From Gemmatimonas sp. (GTDB lineage Bacteria; Gemmatimonadota; Gemmatimonadetes; Gemmatimonadales; Gemmatimonadaceae): a stretch of 64,000 nucleotides of DNA. The position numbers and the translations under genes are program-made. Where the stretch lies: assembly GCA_965279375.1 (NCBI GenBank), contig OZ257156.1, positions 832,001 to 896,000 of the forward strand. Direction: 5' to 3'. Shown here one piece after another: positions 37,705 through 49,100 of the stretch; the first letter of the stretch is position 1; each line of letters starts with the position of its first letter. A model generated the notes under the pieces. That model saw nothing but the letters and a program-made list of their open reading frames with translations, was not told the origin of the DNA and ran no database searches.

Positions 37705-38082
37705 TCAGCGACTCGGCGCTATCGCGGCTCGCCACACCCACCAGATCAGCAGCGGCTGCAACGGCAGCCGCGCCCAGAGCATCGTGACGTAGAGCGCCGA
37801 TCCACCCGTCGCCCGCGCGTTGAGCAGCATCTGGACGTTGGCGGGGAACACCGCAACCAGCAGCGCGATCAGCCCCCACCCGGCGGCCACGCGCGTCGCG
37901 GGCACCAGCAATCCCGCCGCCCCCAGCAGCTCGGCGACGCCGCTCAGCTGCACAGCCAATCGCGCGTTGGGCACCCACGCCGGCACGATCGACTCGAAGA
38001 CGCGCGGCACGAGGAAGTGCGCGACGCCCGCCACGGCAAAGAGCAGTGCGAGCCCGCGCACAGATCTGCTGGATGCCGCCAC
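37705..38082 (-). CDS. DoxX-like small membrane protein
   Basis: AG..HF..P, SGVAE, VFPAN, RLPLQP.LI motifs. Confidence 0.85.
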   Translation of the reverse strand: MAASSRSVRGLALLFAVAGVAHFLVPRVFESIVPAWVPNARLAVQLSGVAELLGAAGLLVPATRVAAGWGLIALLVAVFPANVQMLLNARATGGSALYVTMLWARLPLQPLLIWWVWRAAIAPSR

Positions 38083-38086
38083 TCAG

Positions 38087-38725
38087 CTACGGTGCCGCGT
38101 AGTAGAGCACCGCGAAGTAGTGACACGCGCTCCCGCCCATTACGAACAGATGCCACACCGGATGCGACCAGCTCTTGCGCGCCAGATAAAACACGCAGCC
38201 GCCAGTGTAAAACAGTCCGCCCGCACCCAGGAGCATGAGGCCTGCGGTAGGCAGCACGTGCATCATCGGCTTGAGCGCGATGATGATCACCCAGCCCATC
38301 GCGATGTACATCGCGGTCGAGGCCTTCTGGAAGCGCGCGCCGAACTTGAGCTTGAAGAGCACGCCGAGCGCCGCGAGCGTCCAGATGATGCCGAAGATCG
38401 CCCAGCCCCAGGTGCCACGCAGCACACCCAGCGTGAAGGGCGTGTACGTGCCGGCGATGAGCAGGTAGATCGCCGCGTGGTCCACGATGCGCAGCTTCTG
38501 CTTGAGCGTCGGATGCGGAATCGCGTGGTAGAGCGTCGATGCCGCATACAGTGCAATCAGGGTGGCACCAAAGACGCTCGCGCCGATGATCGTCAGTCGT
38601 TCACCGCGCGCCGCCGCGCTCAGTACCAGAATCGGTAGCCCGATCAGACTGAGCACGAACCCGATGCCATGGGTCAGGGCGTTCAGCAATTCTTCCTGCG
38701 TGGAGGCAACGCGGTCGTGGCTCAT
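38087..38725 (-). CDS. Hemolysin III (PAQR) family membrane protein
   Basis: EE..NALTHG, ASTLYH, DHAAIYLLIAGTYTP, Y..MGW, HPVWHLFV. Confidence 0.95.
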   Translation of the reverse strand: MSHDRVASTQEELLNALTHGIGFVLSLIGLPILVLSAAARGERLTIIGASVFGATLIALYAASTLYHAIPHPTLKQKLRIVDHAAIYLLIAGTYTPFTLGVLRGTWGWAIFGIIWTLAALGVLFKLKFGARFQKASTAMYIAMGWVIIIALKPMMHVLPTAGLMLLGAGGLFYTGGCVFYLARKSWSHPVWHLFVMGGSACHYFAVLYYAAP

Positions 38726-38789
38726 TCAGGAAAGCTACCACCAACTATCGTGCCCTGCCCGAATCGCTCAGCCGCTGGCGCGACCGGCG

Positions 38790-40208
38790 TCAGGTTCTTC
38801 CACGTTTTGTCCACACGATGATCGCGCCGCAGTTGTTGCTCGTGATGAATTGCGCCGGCACCGTTTGCGCACGCGAGTAGACCTCGATCCCGTACAGGTC
38901 CTCGGGTCGGAAGAAGGTCAGCTCGTCGATCGACGACCGACGGCCGTCGAGGTACAGGTCCGGAGCACAGGTGGACGCGCCACGGTTGATCAGAACGTTC
39001 GCCAGCACACCGCGCCGTTGCACCTGTACTGCGGGTAGTCCCTGTAGCGCGCTGGCCATATCGCTGCGTCCCACCAGGTCCTTCTCGCTCACGTAGTAGC
39101 CGAAACCGGTCTTCTTTCGCTCCTCGAACGCGGTCTGCTCCGCCGACACCTTCCTGTCGGCCACGACGTTCATGCGGGCCAACACCGTTGCCGGTGGCAG
39201 ATCGAGCAACACCTCGGTCGAGCGGCCGGGACGCAGATCCACCTGCATCACCAAGGGTCCGTTCCCCAGCTTGAGCACTCGCACCAGCTGGGTTCCCGCT
39301 GGCAATCCACCGATCGCAAACGCGCCGGTAGCATCCGAGCGACCGCTCGTATCGGCGCTCGGCAGGGTGATCAGCGCGTTCACCACCGGCATCCCCTTCG
39401 CGTCGCGCACCATGCCGCGCAGCGTCGCCGTCCCGCGTGCACGCACCCGCGGCGGTACCACCGGCGCGCCCATGCGACTCGTGGAGCGAGGCACCGTGTC
39501 CTGTACCGGCACACGCATTTCGTTGCTCACGAAAAAATCTCGGCGACTGATGCGCGACGTCCCCAACTGCAACTCCGCGTTACCCGCCGACATCTCCCCC
39601 GCGCCCACCTCGATGCTCAGCGCGACATCGGTGGGGAGTCCGCACGCGTAGTAGTTGCCCGTGCTGTCGCTCCGTGCCACCGACACCGGCCGATCCATCA
39701 CCACCTGCCGCCCATTGGACTCGTACGACCACCACTGCACGATCACGCGCGCACCCTGCAGCCGCACATCGTTTGCCGCGTTGATGATGCTGCCGTACAC
39801 GATGCCGCTGTCACCGCGGACGGCGATCGTGCGCGGACACAACGAACGCCACATAGTGGCAAAACTGGGCGTGCCCATCGGCACCGCAACCTCCTGCCCA
39901 GCGATCACATTCACATCGCGCGAAAGCGAAAAGAGCCCCAGCGAATCGAGCGACGGCGCCGACAGACTCAGCGAACGTCGACCGACCGGCACGCTGTCGA
40001 GCGTGAAGATGCCACGCTCATCCGTCACGCCGATGCGCGACGAGCCGGATACCAGCACCGTCGCACCCGCCAACGGCCGGTTCCACAGACTGTCGAACAC
40101 CACGCCGCGGATCTTGCCCACCGCCTGCGCATGCGCGGTCGCCGGCAACGCCGTCAACAGCGCGCCCAGCGCAACGCAGGCCAACCGCCCAACAAGCGTT
40201 GCCGTCAT
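38790..40208 (-). CDS. Secreted carboxypeptidase-regulatory-like repeat protein with C-terminal plug-like domain
   Basis: Three G.V.D...P..GA.V.....TD..G.F repeats; C-terminal YLDG...IEVY...VP.QF...CGAIIVWTK. Confidence 0.75.
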   Translation of the reverse strand: MTATLVGRLACVALGALLTALPATAHAQAVGKIRGVVFDSLWNRPLAGATVLVSGSSRIGVTDERGIFTLDSVPVGRRSLSLSAPSLDSLGLFSLSRDVNVIAGQEVAVPMGTPSFATMWRSLCPRTIAVRGDSGIVYGSIINAANDVRLQGARVIVQWWSYESNGRQVVMDRPVSVARSDSTGNYYACGLPTDVALSIEVGAGEMSAGNAELQLGTSRISRRDFFVSNEMRVPVQDTVPRSTSRMGAPVVPPRVRARGTATLRGMVRDAKGMPVVNALITLPSADTSGRSDATGAFAIGGLPAGTQLVRVLKLGNGPLVMQVDLRPGRSTEVLLDLPPATVLARMNVVADRKVSAEQTAFEERKKTGFGYYVSEKDLVGRSDMASALQGLPAVQVQRRGVLANVLINRGASTCAPDLYLDGRRSSIDELTFFRPEDLYGIEVYSRAQTVPAQFITSNNCGAIIVWTKRGRT

Positions 40209-41479
40209 CGCTTGGCGGGCGTCTCCGGCACCGCACTCACCGACGCCAGCAGCCGCTGCACGAAACCATCCATCGCACTCGTCTCGATCCATCGCACCAC
40301 CGCCACCACGTCGTTCACAGGGTCCACGTAGATCATGTTCGTGCCGTTCCCCAGATGCACAAACGCTGCCGCCGGCGCACTCGCCAGATACTTGCGATCG
40401 GTGTTGAGGAACCAGTTCATGAAGCCGTACGTCGGCTGCGCCTTGGTAGGCGTGGTGGCCATCGTCACCCACGCGTCAGACAGCAACCGTTTGTCCTTCC
40501 ACTGACCGCGGCGCAGCGTGAGCAGTCCAAAGCGCGCCATGTCCCGCGCGTTGATGAACAGTCCGCCGCCCCAGTGGCCGCCTCCGCTCACCGACTGTAC
40601 CACGCGACCGTCCAGCACGATCCACGAGTTGTCGTAGCCGTACCACCGCCACGTGTTCGTCGCGCCGATCGGGTCCATGATCTGCTCGCGCAACACTTCC
40701 GGCAGCGGCCTGCGCCACACGTTGAGCGCCGCCAGTGCAAGCGCGTTCACCCGCACATCGTTGTACTCGTAAACACTGCCCGGCTCCACGCGCGGGCGAT
40801 TCGTCCACGTGTTGGGCGCACCGGTCGGACGATCGGCCCACTCGGGCTTCCCCCACAACGTCCCTTCCCAGTCGCTCACCTGACGCAGCATGTGATCCCA
40901 CGTCAGCCGACGATTGTGCGGCGTGTCGAATGGCTTGAGCCATCGCCCTTCGCTCGGCGCATCCGCCGCGACACCGCGCGCCGGCTCCCCCGCCATGAGA
41001 ATCGGGCCGATCGCCTTGGCCACCGTGTCGTGCACGCTCTTGATCAGCCCTTTGTCGTATGCGAGGCCTACCACAGTGGACAGCATGCTCTTGGTGACGC
41101 TGTGCGTCATCTCCACCGCGTCGGGATCGCCCCACTCCGCCACCACGTAGCCCTTCCGCACGATCACGCCGGTCATCGCACCTCGCGGCGCAATCGGCCC
41201 CGTCGCCTGTCCGAACGGCTCGCGTCCGAAGGTCTGGTAGTGATTCACTTCCAGGTCGCGCGGATTCTTGCTCTCACCAGCGATCGCGAACGCAATCGCG
41301 TCCGCCAGCTTTGCCGAGTCGAGCCCCACCTGCACCGCGCGCCGACGCTGCCAACCCGCGTTACCCGCGTCAGGATAGTACGCGTTGGCTGGCACGGTCC
41401 ACGTGGCCTGCGCCGAGAGTGTCGAAGCGAGTAGCGCCGACGCCGACACAAACGTCATCGCTGCAAGGACACGCTTCAC
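40205..41479 (-). CDS. Exported serine hydrolase (beta-lactamase family)
   Basis: HSVTKS (SxxK), YEYND, IMDPIG, ARDMARFG, YGFMNW; signal peptide. Confidence 0.88.
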   Translation of the reverse strand: MKRVLAAMTFVSASALLASTLSAQATWTVPANAYYPDAGNAGWQRRRAVQVGLDSAKLADAIAFAIAGESKNPRDLEVNHYQTFGREPFGQATGPIAPRGAMTGVIVRKGYVVAEWGDPDAVEMTHSVTKSMLSTVVGLAYDKGLIKSVHDTVAKAIGPILMAGEPARGVAADAPSEGRWLKPFDTPHNRRLTWDHMLRQVSDWEGTLWGKPEWADRPTGAPNTWTNRPRVEPGSVYEYNDVRVNALALAALNVWRRPLPEVLREQIMDPIGATNTWRWYGYDNSWIVLDGRVVQSVSGGGHWGGGLFINARDMARFGLLTLRRGQWKDKRLLSDAWVTMATTPTKAQPTYGFMNWFLNTDRKYLASAPAAAFVHLGNGTNMIYVDPVNDVVAVVRWIETSAMDGFVQRLLASVSAVPETPAKR

Positions 41480-44400
41480 GCGATCGGCCCCTTCTTCTTG
41501 GCCGCAGTGATCACGCCTTCAACCTTGCCGGCCTGTAGCAGCTTGTTGAACGCGGGCACATCCACCTGCTCGATCTGCTCCACTTCACCACGCAGCGCGC
41601 TCCACAACTTCTCGAGCTCCGCCAAGCGCTCCTTGACTGGCTTGGTTAACGCCGGATTGCCTTCCACCTGCCCCAGCAAAAAGCCGTACTGGCCGTTGAT
41701 GCCGTTGGCGTAGTTGATGATGTCCTGCCCGTTACCTGCCTTGGTCGTCATGCGCGGATCGATCTTCGCCAGCTTGTCGCTCAGCGCCTTGCCCGCCTTG
41801 GCGATCGTGTCGGCGTTGGTCGCTTCCTTCACGCGTGTCGTGAAGCCACCCACCTGCGCCTTGAGATCGCGCACGCGCACCACGGCGTCGTGAATCTCCG
41901 AGATTCGGTTCGACAGCAACGTCGCGATCGAATCACGCTCGGCGATCACCGCACGCGGCACATCGAGCCGCGGGTCCTGCAACACTTCGAACGACTTGGT
42001 CAGTACCGTCGCGCCTGCCGTCAGTCGCACCTGATACGTGCCGGGCGGAACGCGCGCACCGCCATCGCCCGGCGCACCGAACAGCAGAATGCCGGGCAAC
42101 CGCGTGGGCGCCGCACGACGCAGGTTCCAGTTCACGCTGTTGAGCCCCGCCTTCACCGTGATCTTGTCGAGCGTGTCACGCGATCCATAGCTGCGGAGCA
42201 CGGTGCCCTTCGCGTCGAGGAAGTCCACCTTCACTGCCGTCGCGCTGTCCGGCGCCGACGACATGCGGAAGAACACCGTCGCCCCGTAGGCCGGATTGCG
42301 ACCGGCGTTGCGCGCCGGGCCGCCAGAACCACCCGCCAGCACCGCGCTGCGCGGCGCGTATAGGTGCACCGCTGCCGTCGCCAACGAATCGGCACGCTGA
42401 CGGATCACCGAGAGGTCATCGAGAATCCAGAACGCGCGCCCTTCCGTCGCGGCAATCAAGTCGCCGTGCTTCACCTTGAGATCGGTCACCGGCGTCACGG
42501 GGAATCCGGTGTACGGCATCCACTTCGCACCAGCGTCGTACGAGACGTACACACCCGTTTCCGTGCCGGCGTACAGCAGTCCCTTTCGCTCGGTATCCTC
42601 ACGCACCACACGCACCGGCTCACCGTCGCGCAGTCCGTTCACCAGGCGCGTCCACGTTTTGCCGTAATCGGTGCTGCGGAAGACGTGCGGCGTCGGGTCG
42701 CCCATGCGATCCTTGCGATACGCCACGTACACCGTCGCCGGATCGAACGGCGACACTTCGATTTCATTCACCAGCCCGTCGCCCCATGCGGCCGGCGTGA
42801 TGTTGCTCCACGTCTTGCCAGCATCGCGCGTCAGCTGAATCACACCATCGTCGCTGCCTACATAGATCGTATTGGCATCGTGCATCGACTCGTTGATCAC
42901 CACCAGCGCCGCGTACACCTCACCACCCGCGCCTTCGTTCGTGATGGGATAACCACCCCACCCCTGACGCGACTTGTCGTTCTTGGTGAGATCGGGCGAG
43001 ATCGGCGTCCAGCTCATGCCGCGGTCGGTCGTCTTGAACAACACGTTGCCGCCGTGATAGACCACGTTGTCGTTGAACTTCGAAACGACGATCGGCGCGG
43101 TCCAGTTGTAGCGGTACTTCGTCTTGTCCGTCGGCTCGGTCAGGTTCATCTCGGGCCACGGCATGATCGCACGCGTGATGTCCGTCTGCGCGTCCAGCTC
43201 CTCGATGATGCCCTGATAGCAGCCACCGTACACGAGGCGCGGATTCTTCGCGCTCACGCCCATGTTGGCGCTTTCGCAGCCCGGGCCCGGATACCAGTCG
43301 CGCACGTCGATGCTGCCACCTTCGGTGCGGCTCTTGATGATCACCGACGAGTTGTCCTGCTGACCGGCATACAGCTTGTACGGAAACGCGTCGTCAACAG
43401 CCACATGATAGAACTGCGCCGTCGGCTGATTGTCCTGCGTGCTCCAGCTCTTGCCACCGTCCAGCGAAATCGCCGCTCCGCCGTCGTTGGCATTGATGAG
43501 ATAGCGGCTGTCCGTCGGGTTGATCCACAGGCCGTGGTTGTCGCCATGCTGCGCGGGAATAACCTGGAACGTGCGGCCACCATCGATGGAGCGCGTCACC
43601 GGCGCATTCATCACCCACACCACATCCGCGTTCTTCGGATCGGCGGTGACATTCATGTAGTACCACGAGCGCGTCTGGATCAGGCGATCGCCCGACATCA
43701 AACGCCACGTCTTGCCGGCGTCGTCGCTGCGGAATAGACCTCCATTCTCCGCTTCGACAATCGCGAACACGCGATCCGGATTGGCCGGCGACACCGCCAC
43801 GCCAATCTTGCCCACCAGCTTGGGCAGCCCTTCGGTCAAGCGCGTCCACGTATCGCCGCCGTCGATCGACTTCCAGATGCCGCTGCCGGGTCCACCGCTG
43901 CGCACCACCCACGGCTGGCGCTGATGATCCCAGAACGCGGCGTACAGAATGCGCGGGTTGGTCGCGTCCATCGACAGGTCCGACGCGCCGCTGTTCGCGT
44001 TCTCACCCTTGAGCACCGACGTCCACGTCTTGCCACCGTCCGTCGTGCGATAGATGCCGCGATCAGGCGTCCCCTTCCACCGATCGCCCTGCGCGGCCAC
44101 GTACACCACTTCGGGATTGGTGGGATGGATGCGAACCGCCGAGATCTGCCGCGTGGCCGCCAACCCAATGTGCGTCCACGTGCGTCCCTGATCGGTGCTC
44201 TTGTAGACGCCGTCGCCGTAGGTGCTCGACTGCCCGCGAATCGCGTGCTCGCCCATGCCCACGTAGATCACGTTGGGGTCGGACGGGGCCACGGCAATCG
44301 CGCCGACTGAACTCGTCTTGAAGAACCCGTCGGAGATGTTGCGCCAGTTGTTGCCCGCATCGTCGGTGCGCCACAGGCCGCCGCCGGTGTACCCGGCGAA

Positions 44401-44652
44401 ATAGGTCATCGGCTGCGACGGGATCCCCGCCACGGCCACCGATCGTCCGCCTCGGAATGGGCCGATGTTGCGCCACCCCATGGTGCCGAAGGTCGCCGAG
44501 TCGAATGCAAAAGCACTCGGCGCAACGGCGGGCGCGGGCTTCGCCGCAGGCTTGGCAGCCTGGGACCAGAGCGAAGCGGAGGGGGCCAGCAGCATCGCGC
44601 CAGCGAGGATGGCGCGGCGTGGGGACGAACGGTGCATGAACGTGAGACGCAT
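41476..44652 (-). CDS. VPS10/BNR-repeat glycosyl hydrolase-like secreted protein
   Basis: WRNIGP.RGGR; many S/T-x-D-x-G-x-T-W BNR repeats; YVSYD.G..W; ATEGRAFWILDD. Real start near 44652/44637. Confidence 0.9.
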   Translation of the reverse strand: MRLTFMHRSSPRRAILAGAMLLAPSASLWSQAAKPAAKPAPAVAPSAFAFDSATFGTMGWRNIGPFRGGRSVAVAGIPSQPMTYFAGYTGGGLWRTDDAGNNWRNISDGFFKTSSVGAIAVAPSDPNVIYVGMGEHAIRGQSSTYGDGVYKSTDQGRTWTHIGLAATRQISAVRIHPTNPEVVYVAAQGDRWKGTPDRGIYRTTDGGKTWTSVLKGENANSGASDLSMDATNPRILYAAFWDHQRQPWVVRSGGPGSGIWKSIDGGDTWTRLTEGLPKLVGKIGVAVSPANPDRVFAIVEAENGGLFRSDDAGKTWRLMSGDRLIQTRSWYYMNVTADPKNADVVWVMNAPVTRSIDGGRTFQVIPAQHGDNHGLWINPTDSRYLINANDGGAAISLDGGKSWSTQDNQPTAQFYHVAVDDAFPYKLYAGQQDNSSVIIKSRTEGGSIDVRDWYPGPGCESANMGVSAKNPRLVYGGCYQGIIEELDAQTDITRAIMPWPEMNLTEPTDKTKYRYNWTAPIVVSKFNDNVVYHGGNVLFKTTDRGMSWTPISPDLTKNDKSRQGWGGYPITNEGAGGEVYAALVVINESMHDANTIYVGSDDGVIQLTRDAGKTWSNITPAAWGDGLVNEIEVSPFDPATVYVAYRKDRMGDPTPHVFRSTDYGKTWTRLVNGLRDGEPVRVVREDTERKGLLYAGTETGVYVSYDAGAKWMPYTGFPVTPVTDLKVKHGDLIAATEGRAFWILDDLSVIRQRADSLATAAVHLYAPRSAVLAGGSGGPARNAGRNPAYGATVFFRMSSAPDSATAVKVDFLDAKGTVLRSYGSRDTLDKITVKAGLNSVNWNLRRAAPTRLPGILLFGAPGDGGARVPPGTYQVRLTAGATVLTKSFEVLQDPRLDVPRAVIAERDSIATLLSNRISEIHDAVVRVRDLKAQVGGFTTRVKEATNADTIAKAGKALSDKLAKIDPRMTTKAGNGQDIINYANGINGQYGFLLGQVEGNPALTKPVKERLAELEKLWSALRGEVEQIEQVDVPAFNKLLQAGKVEGVITAAKKKGPIA

Positions 44653-44760
44653 GGGGGGCACGTGAGGGGGCGCGGTGCAATGCGCAGTGGCTGGAAACGC
44701 GTCGGCGACAGCGTGTGAGCGACCCACAGAACATAGCCTCACCTGCCGATACTCCGCTGC

Positions 44761-46065
44761 ATGCGAATCCTTGCCCAACCGTCGCCGCCGGCCACTCCGC
44801 CCAGCACCGGACGCCGACGTCGGGCAACGGATATCACCGCCGCTCGACTCGGGCGGGCCACGCTGGTCTATCTGGCGGTGATGATGGGCATCATCACGTT
44901 GGCTCCGTTCCACTTTGCCGCCTCGCCACAGCATGGATTGAGCGCGGTGTGGACATGGTCGGATCTGGTGATGAACGTGCTGATGTTCCTCCCCTTCGGC
45001 TTCGTCTACCAAATGACCCGGCCGGCGGGCGCCCCCGCACCGTTTGGGCGGGTCCTGCTCCTTGGTGCGGCGCTCAGTGCGGTGGTCGAAACGGCGCAGC
45101 TCTTCGAGCCGACGCGCTACACCTCGCTGTTCGACATCGCCACCAATGCGCTCGGCGCCGCCGTCGGATCGACGGCCTACCTCGTCGCACTCAAGCGGGT
45201 GCAGGGGGAGAACGCCGTCCGCACGCTCGCCCTCGAGCTCCCGCTCATGGCGCTCGTCTACCTCCTCGTGCCGCTCGCGTGGCTCATGGGACTGACCAGC
45301 GGCCAAGACGTTCGGCAATGGCTGGCCGTTCCCGTGGGGCTCTTTGCCGGCGGCATTCTGGGCACGGTACACGCCGCGTACCTCACGCCGGGCAAGAAGG
45401 TCACGTACGGCTGGCTGCTCGCGTCGGCGCTGCTCTGGTTCTCGGTCGCGCTGCTTCCGGCGACCATCCGCGACCGCGGTCTGGTGGTGGCGGCCGCTGC
45501 GGTCACCCTGGGCAGCGCGTGGCTCCGCAGCATCGCCACGGCGCGCTATCGCACCTGCTTCGGCAGCCGCAGGTTCGAGCTGCCCACGCTCCGCCTGATG
45601 ATGCCGCTCTTTGCCGCCTACCTCGCGCTCTCCTCGCTCTGGCCGCTCGACGAAGCCACAGCGACATGGCGCGCCTCCCTTGGCCTGCTCCCCGCCGGCA
45701 CCGCGCTCACCAACCGGCTCATCTACCAGATGCTGGAGCATGTGGCTGCGTTCACCCTCGTCGGATTCATGACCGCCGAGTTCTACGGCCGTTACGAGAC
45801 GCGTTATCGCGAGATCGCACCGCGTGTGCTGGGCTGGGGGGCGGGGGTGTCGCTGCTGCTCGAGGCGACACGCGGATTTCACCCGCAGTATGGGGCGAGT
45901 CTGGCCATGCTCCTGATGACCATCGCCGCCTGCGGCTTTGGCGGATGGTTGTATCAGCTCCAGCGCGATCACGTGAAAGCGCTGCTGGCGCGACGTACGC
46001 GCCCCGCCGCGCAGCAGACCCGCCCAGACACGTCCGACGTACAGCCCCTCCGTCGCACGGCGTAG
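44761..46065 (+). CDS. VanZ family membrane protein
   Basis: TLAPF, D...NVLMFLPFG, S..VE.AQLF.P.R.TS..D...NALG. Confidence 0.85.
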   Translation: MRILAQPSPPATPPSTGRRRRATDITAARLGRATLVYLAVMMGIITLAPFHFAASPQHGLSAVWTWSDLVMNVLMFLPFGFVYQMTRPAGAPAPFGRVLLLGAALSAVVETAQLFEPTRYTSLFDIATNALGAAVGSTAYLVALKRVQGENAVRTLALELPLMALVYLLVPLAWLMGLTSGQDVRQWLAVPVGLFAGGILGTVHAAYLTPGKKVTYGWLLASALLWFSVALLPATIRDRGLVVAAAAVTLGSAWLRSIATARYRTCFGSRRFELPTLRLMMPLFAAYLALSSLWPLDEATATWRASLGLLPAGTALTNRLIYQMLEHVAAFTLVGFMTAEFYGRYETRYREIAPRVLGWGAGVSLLLEATRGFHPQYGASLAMLLMTIAACGFGGWLYQLQRDHVKALLARRTRPAAQQTRPDTSDVQPLRRTA

Positions 46066-46131
46066 CCTCGTCGCACGCGGGGGCGATGATTCGTCTCGCC
46101 ATGCGCGCATTGCCGCGACAACTTGAGCCGC

Positions 46132-49100
46132 ATGACTACGAGATGCGGAACCTCTCTCAAGGCGATGCTGGTTGCGGGGCTCTTCGCCGCCGTCGCGCGC
46201 GCCGACGCCCAGCGCACCGTCTCCTTCACCACCACCGAAGGCACGTGGATGTCGCTCGACGCCGCGCCCAACGGGCGGGGGCTCGCGTTCGAGTTACTCG
46301 GCGACATCTACACTCTGCCGATGGAAGGAGGCTCTGCCACGCCCATCCTGACCGGCACCGCGTTCCAATCGCAGCCACGATATTCGCCAGACGGATCGCG
46401 GCTGACGTTCGTGAGCGATGGCAGCGGCGGCGATAACGTCTGGATTGCCGCCGCCGATGGGTCAGGCGCTCGCGCACTCTCCACGTTCCGACGCGCGATC
46501 GTGAACTCACCAGTCTGGGCCGCCGATGGTCAGGCGATCTACGCCACGGTCCTCGAAGGACGCACCGCCGACCTCTGGCGATTCGACGTGAAGACCGGCG
46601 CGGGCACCAAGGTCATCGCCAACGCCAATGGTCCCGCCGCACCGCTCGTCTCCTCGCCGGGCCCGGGACCGTACTCCGCGCACGTCACCGCAGACGGACG
46701 CTTTCTCTACTACTCGAGCGTCACGCCGCGCCCCTATGGCAGCCGACTCGGCGCATCGTCGATGCTCATGCGACGCGACATTGCCGGCGGGCGCGACGAG
46801 CCGGTCGTAGTGGAAGAGCCCATGGCGATGGCGCCGGTCGTGTCGCACGACGGACACTGGCTGGTGTACGCGGCGCAGAGCCGCGGACAAACCGGGCTTC
46901 GCCTCCGCGATCTCCGCACTGCATCAGAACGGTGGCTCGCGTGGCCAATGCAGCGCAACGAGCTCGAGTCGCGCGCCGCACGTGACGTACTACCCGGCTA
47001 CGCGCTCACGCCGGATGATCGCGCGGTGCTCGTGGCGTTCGGCGGCAAGATCCATCGCATCGACATTGCAACGGGCGCCGACGTCGTCGTGCCCTTCGCC
47101 GCGACGTATGCCACCACCATTCCCGATGCGCAGCGCAGTTCGTGGCGCGCTTCATCCGACTCGGTGCGTGGACGCTTCGCGCAGCACGCTGCGGTCTCCG
47201 CCGACGGGCGCGTCGCCTTCTCCATGTTCGCCAGCCTGTACGTCGCTCCGACGCGCACCGGCGCACCCGGACGCATCACCACCACCGCGCAGCCGCGCGA
47301 GTTCATGCCGGCGTGGTCGCCAGACGGACGCTGGCTCGCGTACGTGATTTGGGGTCCTGAGGGCGGACATCTGTTCAAAGTGCGAGCGTCGGGCGGTGCA
47401 CCTGTGCGCCTGTCCGATGCACCGGCGCTCTGGATGGACCCGGTGTGGAGCGCGGACGGGCGCCATCTCTACGCGTTGCACGCGCCTCTCGGCACCGCTC
47501 ACGCGCAGCCGCTGCCGCTCCCTACCGACGCCATGCTCGTACGCATCTCGGCGGACGGCGGGGCCGTCGTATCGCTGGCGCCCGCGCAGGGCATGCGGCA
47601 TCCGCATTTCAGTCGCGACAGCGCGCGCCTCTGGTTCTCGTCACCACAGGGACTCGGCTCCGTCGCCGTGAATGGCACCGACCGTCGACTGCACACGCGA
47701 GCGCCCGTTGGTGCTGGACCAGCCGGCTCGCCGCTCGCGTCCGATCTGCGTATCAGCCCTGACGGACGTTGGGTGGCCATGCATGCCAGCGATCGCGTGT
47801 GGGTGCAGCCGCTCCCCACGCTCTCGGACAGCGCCCCGGCGGTGCTCGACTTCCGTGCCGCCACCGACGTCTCGGGCCCGGCAACCACCGGCATGGCCTG
47901 GTCGCCCGACGGAGCGCAGCTCTCGTGGATCACCGGCTCCACAGTGCATACGCGCGTGATGTCTCTGTCGGGAACGCCTGCAACGGCGAACGCCACAACG
48001 AACGCAGCGACTAGCGCGACCACCACCAATCGTTCGCTGGCCGTCACTCGACCGCGCGCTACGCCGCGTGGCACCGTGGTGCTGCGCGGCGCCCGCGTGA
48101 TCACCATGCGCGGTGACACCGTCATCGACAACGCCGACGTCGTGGTGACGGACAATCGCATCGTGTCCGTCGGCGCACGTGCGGCAACGACCGCTGCGGG
48201 CGCACGCGTAATCGACGTGACGGGCAAGACGATCATGCCGGGAATCGTCGACGCACATGCGCATTGGGCCGTGCGTCGCGAGCTGCTCGAACCGGAAGCG
48301 CCGTCGCTGTACGCCAATCTCGCATTCGGCGTCACGACGATTCGCGATCCGCAAACGTTCGCCGAGATCTTCGCCTACTCGGATCTCGTGGAGGCGACCG
48401 GGCTCCCGAGCCCGCGCATCTTCTCCACAGGGCCCGGGCTGTTTGCCGAAACGGATTTCAAGTCGCTCGACGACGCGCGCCGCACGCTCACGCGCTACCG
48501 AGACGACTACGGCACGCATCTCATCAAGAGCTACATGGTGGGCAATCGGCAGCAGCGGCAGTGGGTGGCGCAGGCGAGCCGAGAGCTTGGCTTGCTCACC
48601 ACCACCGAAGGCGGCGCCGACACCAAGATGGACCTCACGCACACGCTCGATGGCTTCTTCGGCAACGAGCATGCGTTCCCTAACGCACCATTGTACGAAG
48701 ACATCGTGCAGCTCGCGGCACGCAGTGGCATCCACTACACACCCACGCTGCTGGTGTCGTTCGGCGGAGCACTGCCGATCTATCGGCTGCTCGCGCAGGA
48801 ACGCCCCTTCGATGATCCCAAACTGAATCGCTTCTTCCCGCGCAGCGAACTCTATCAACGCACCGCCACGCGTCTGCTCGCCTTCCCCAGCGAGGACTAC
48901 AACGACCGCGAAACCTCCGCAGGCGCACGCGACATCCTGCGCGCCGGTGGACGCGTCTCGTTGGGTGGACACGGCGAAATGCAGGGGCTGCAGGTGCACT
49001 GGGAGATGCGCTTGCTCGCGCAAAGCGGCCTGACACCGCACGAGGTGCTGCGCGTGGCCACGCTCAATAGTGCGGCGGCGATCGGTCTCGACCGCGATCT

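Noticed and set aside
44761..46065. Antibiotic-resistance locus (VanZ, beta-lactamase-fold proteins)
   Set aside because: These folds are widespread with general functions; no van cluster or true beta-lactamase signature.
44653..46110. N-terminal ~485 aa of the 1544-aa ORF, suggesting a giant fusion
   Set aside because: It is the antisense of the VanZ gene; the signal peptide and VPS10-like motifs start near 44652.
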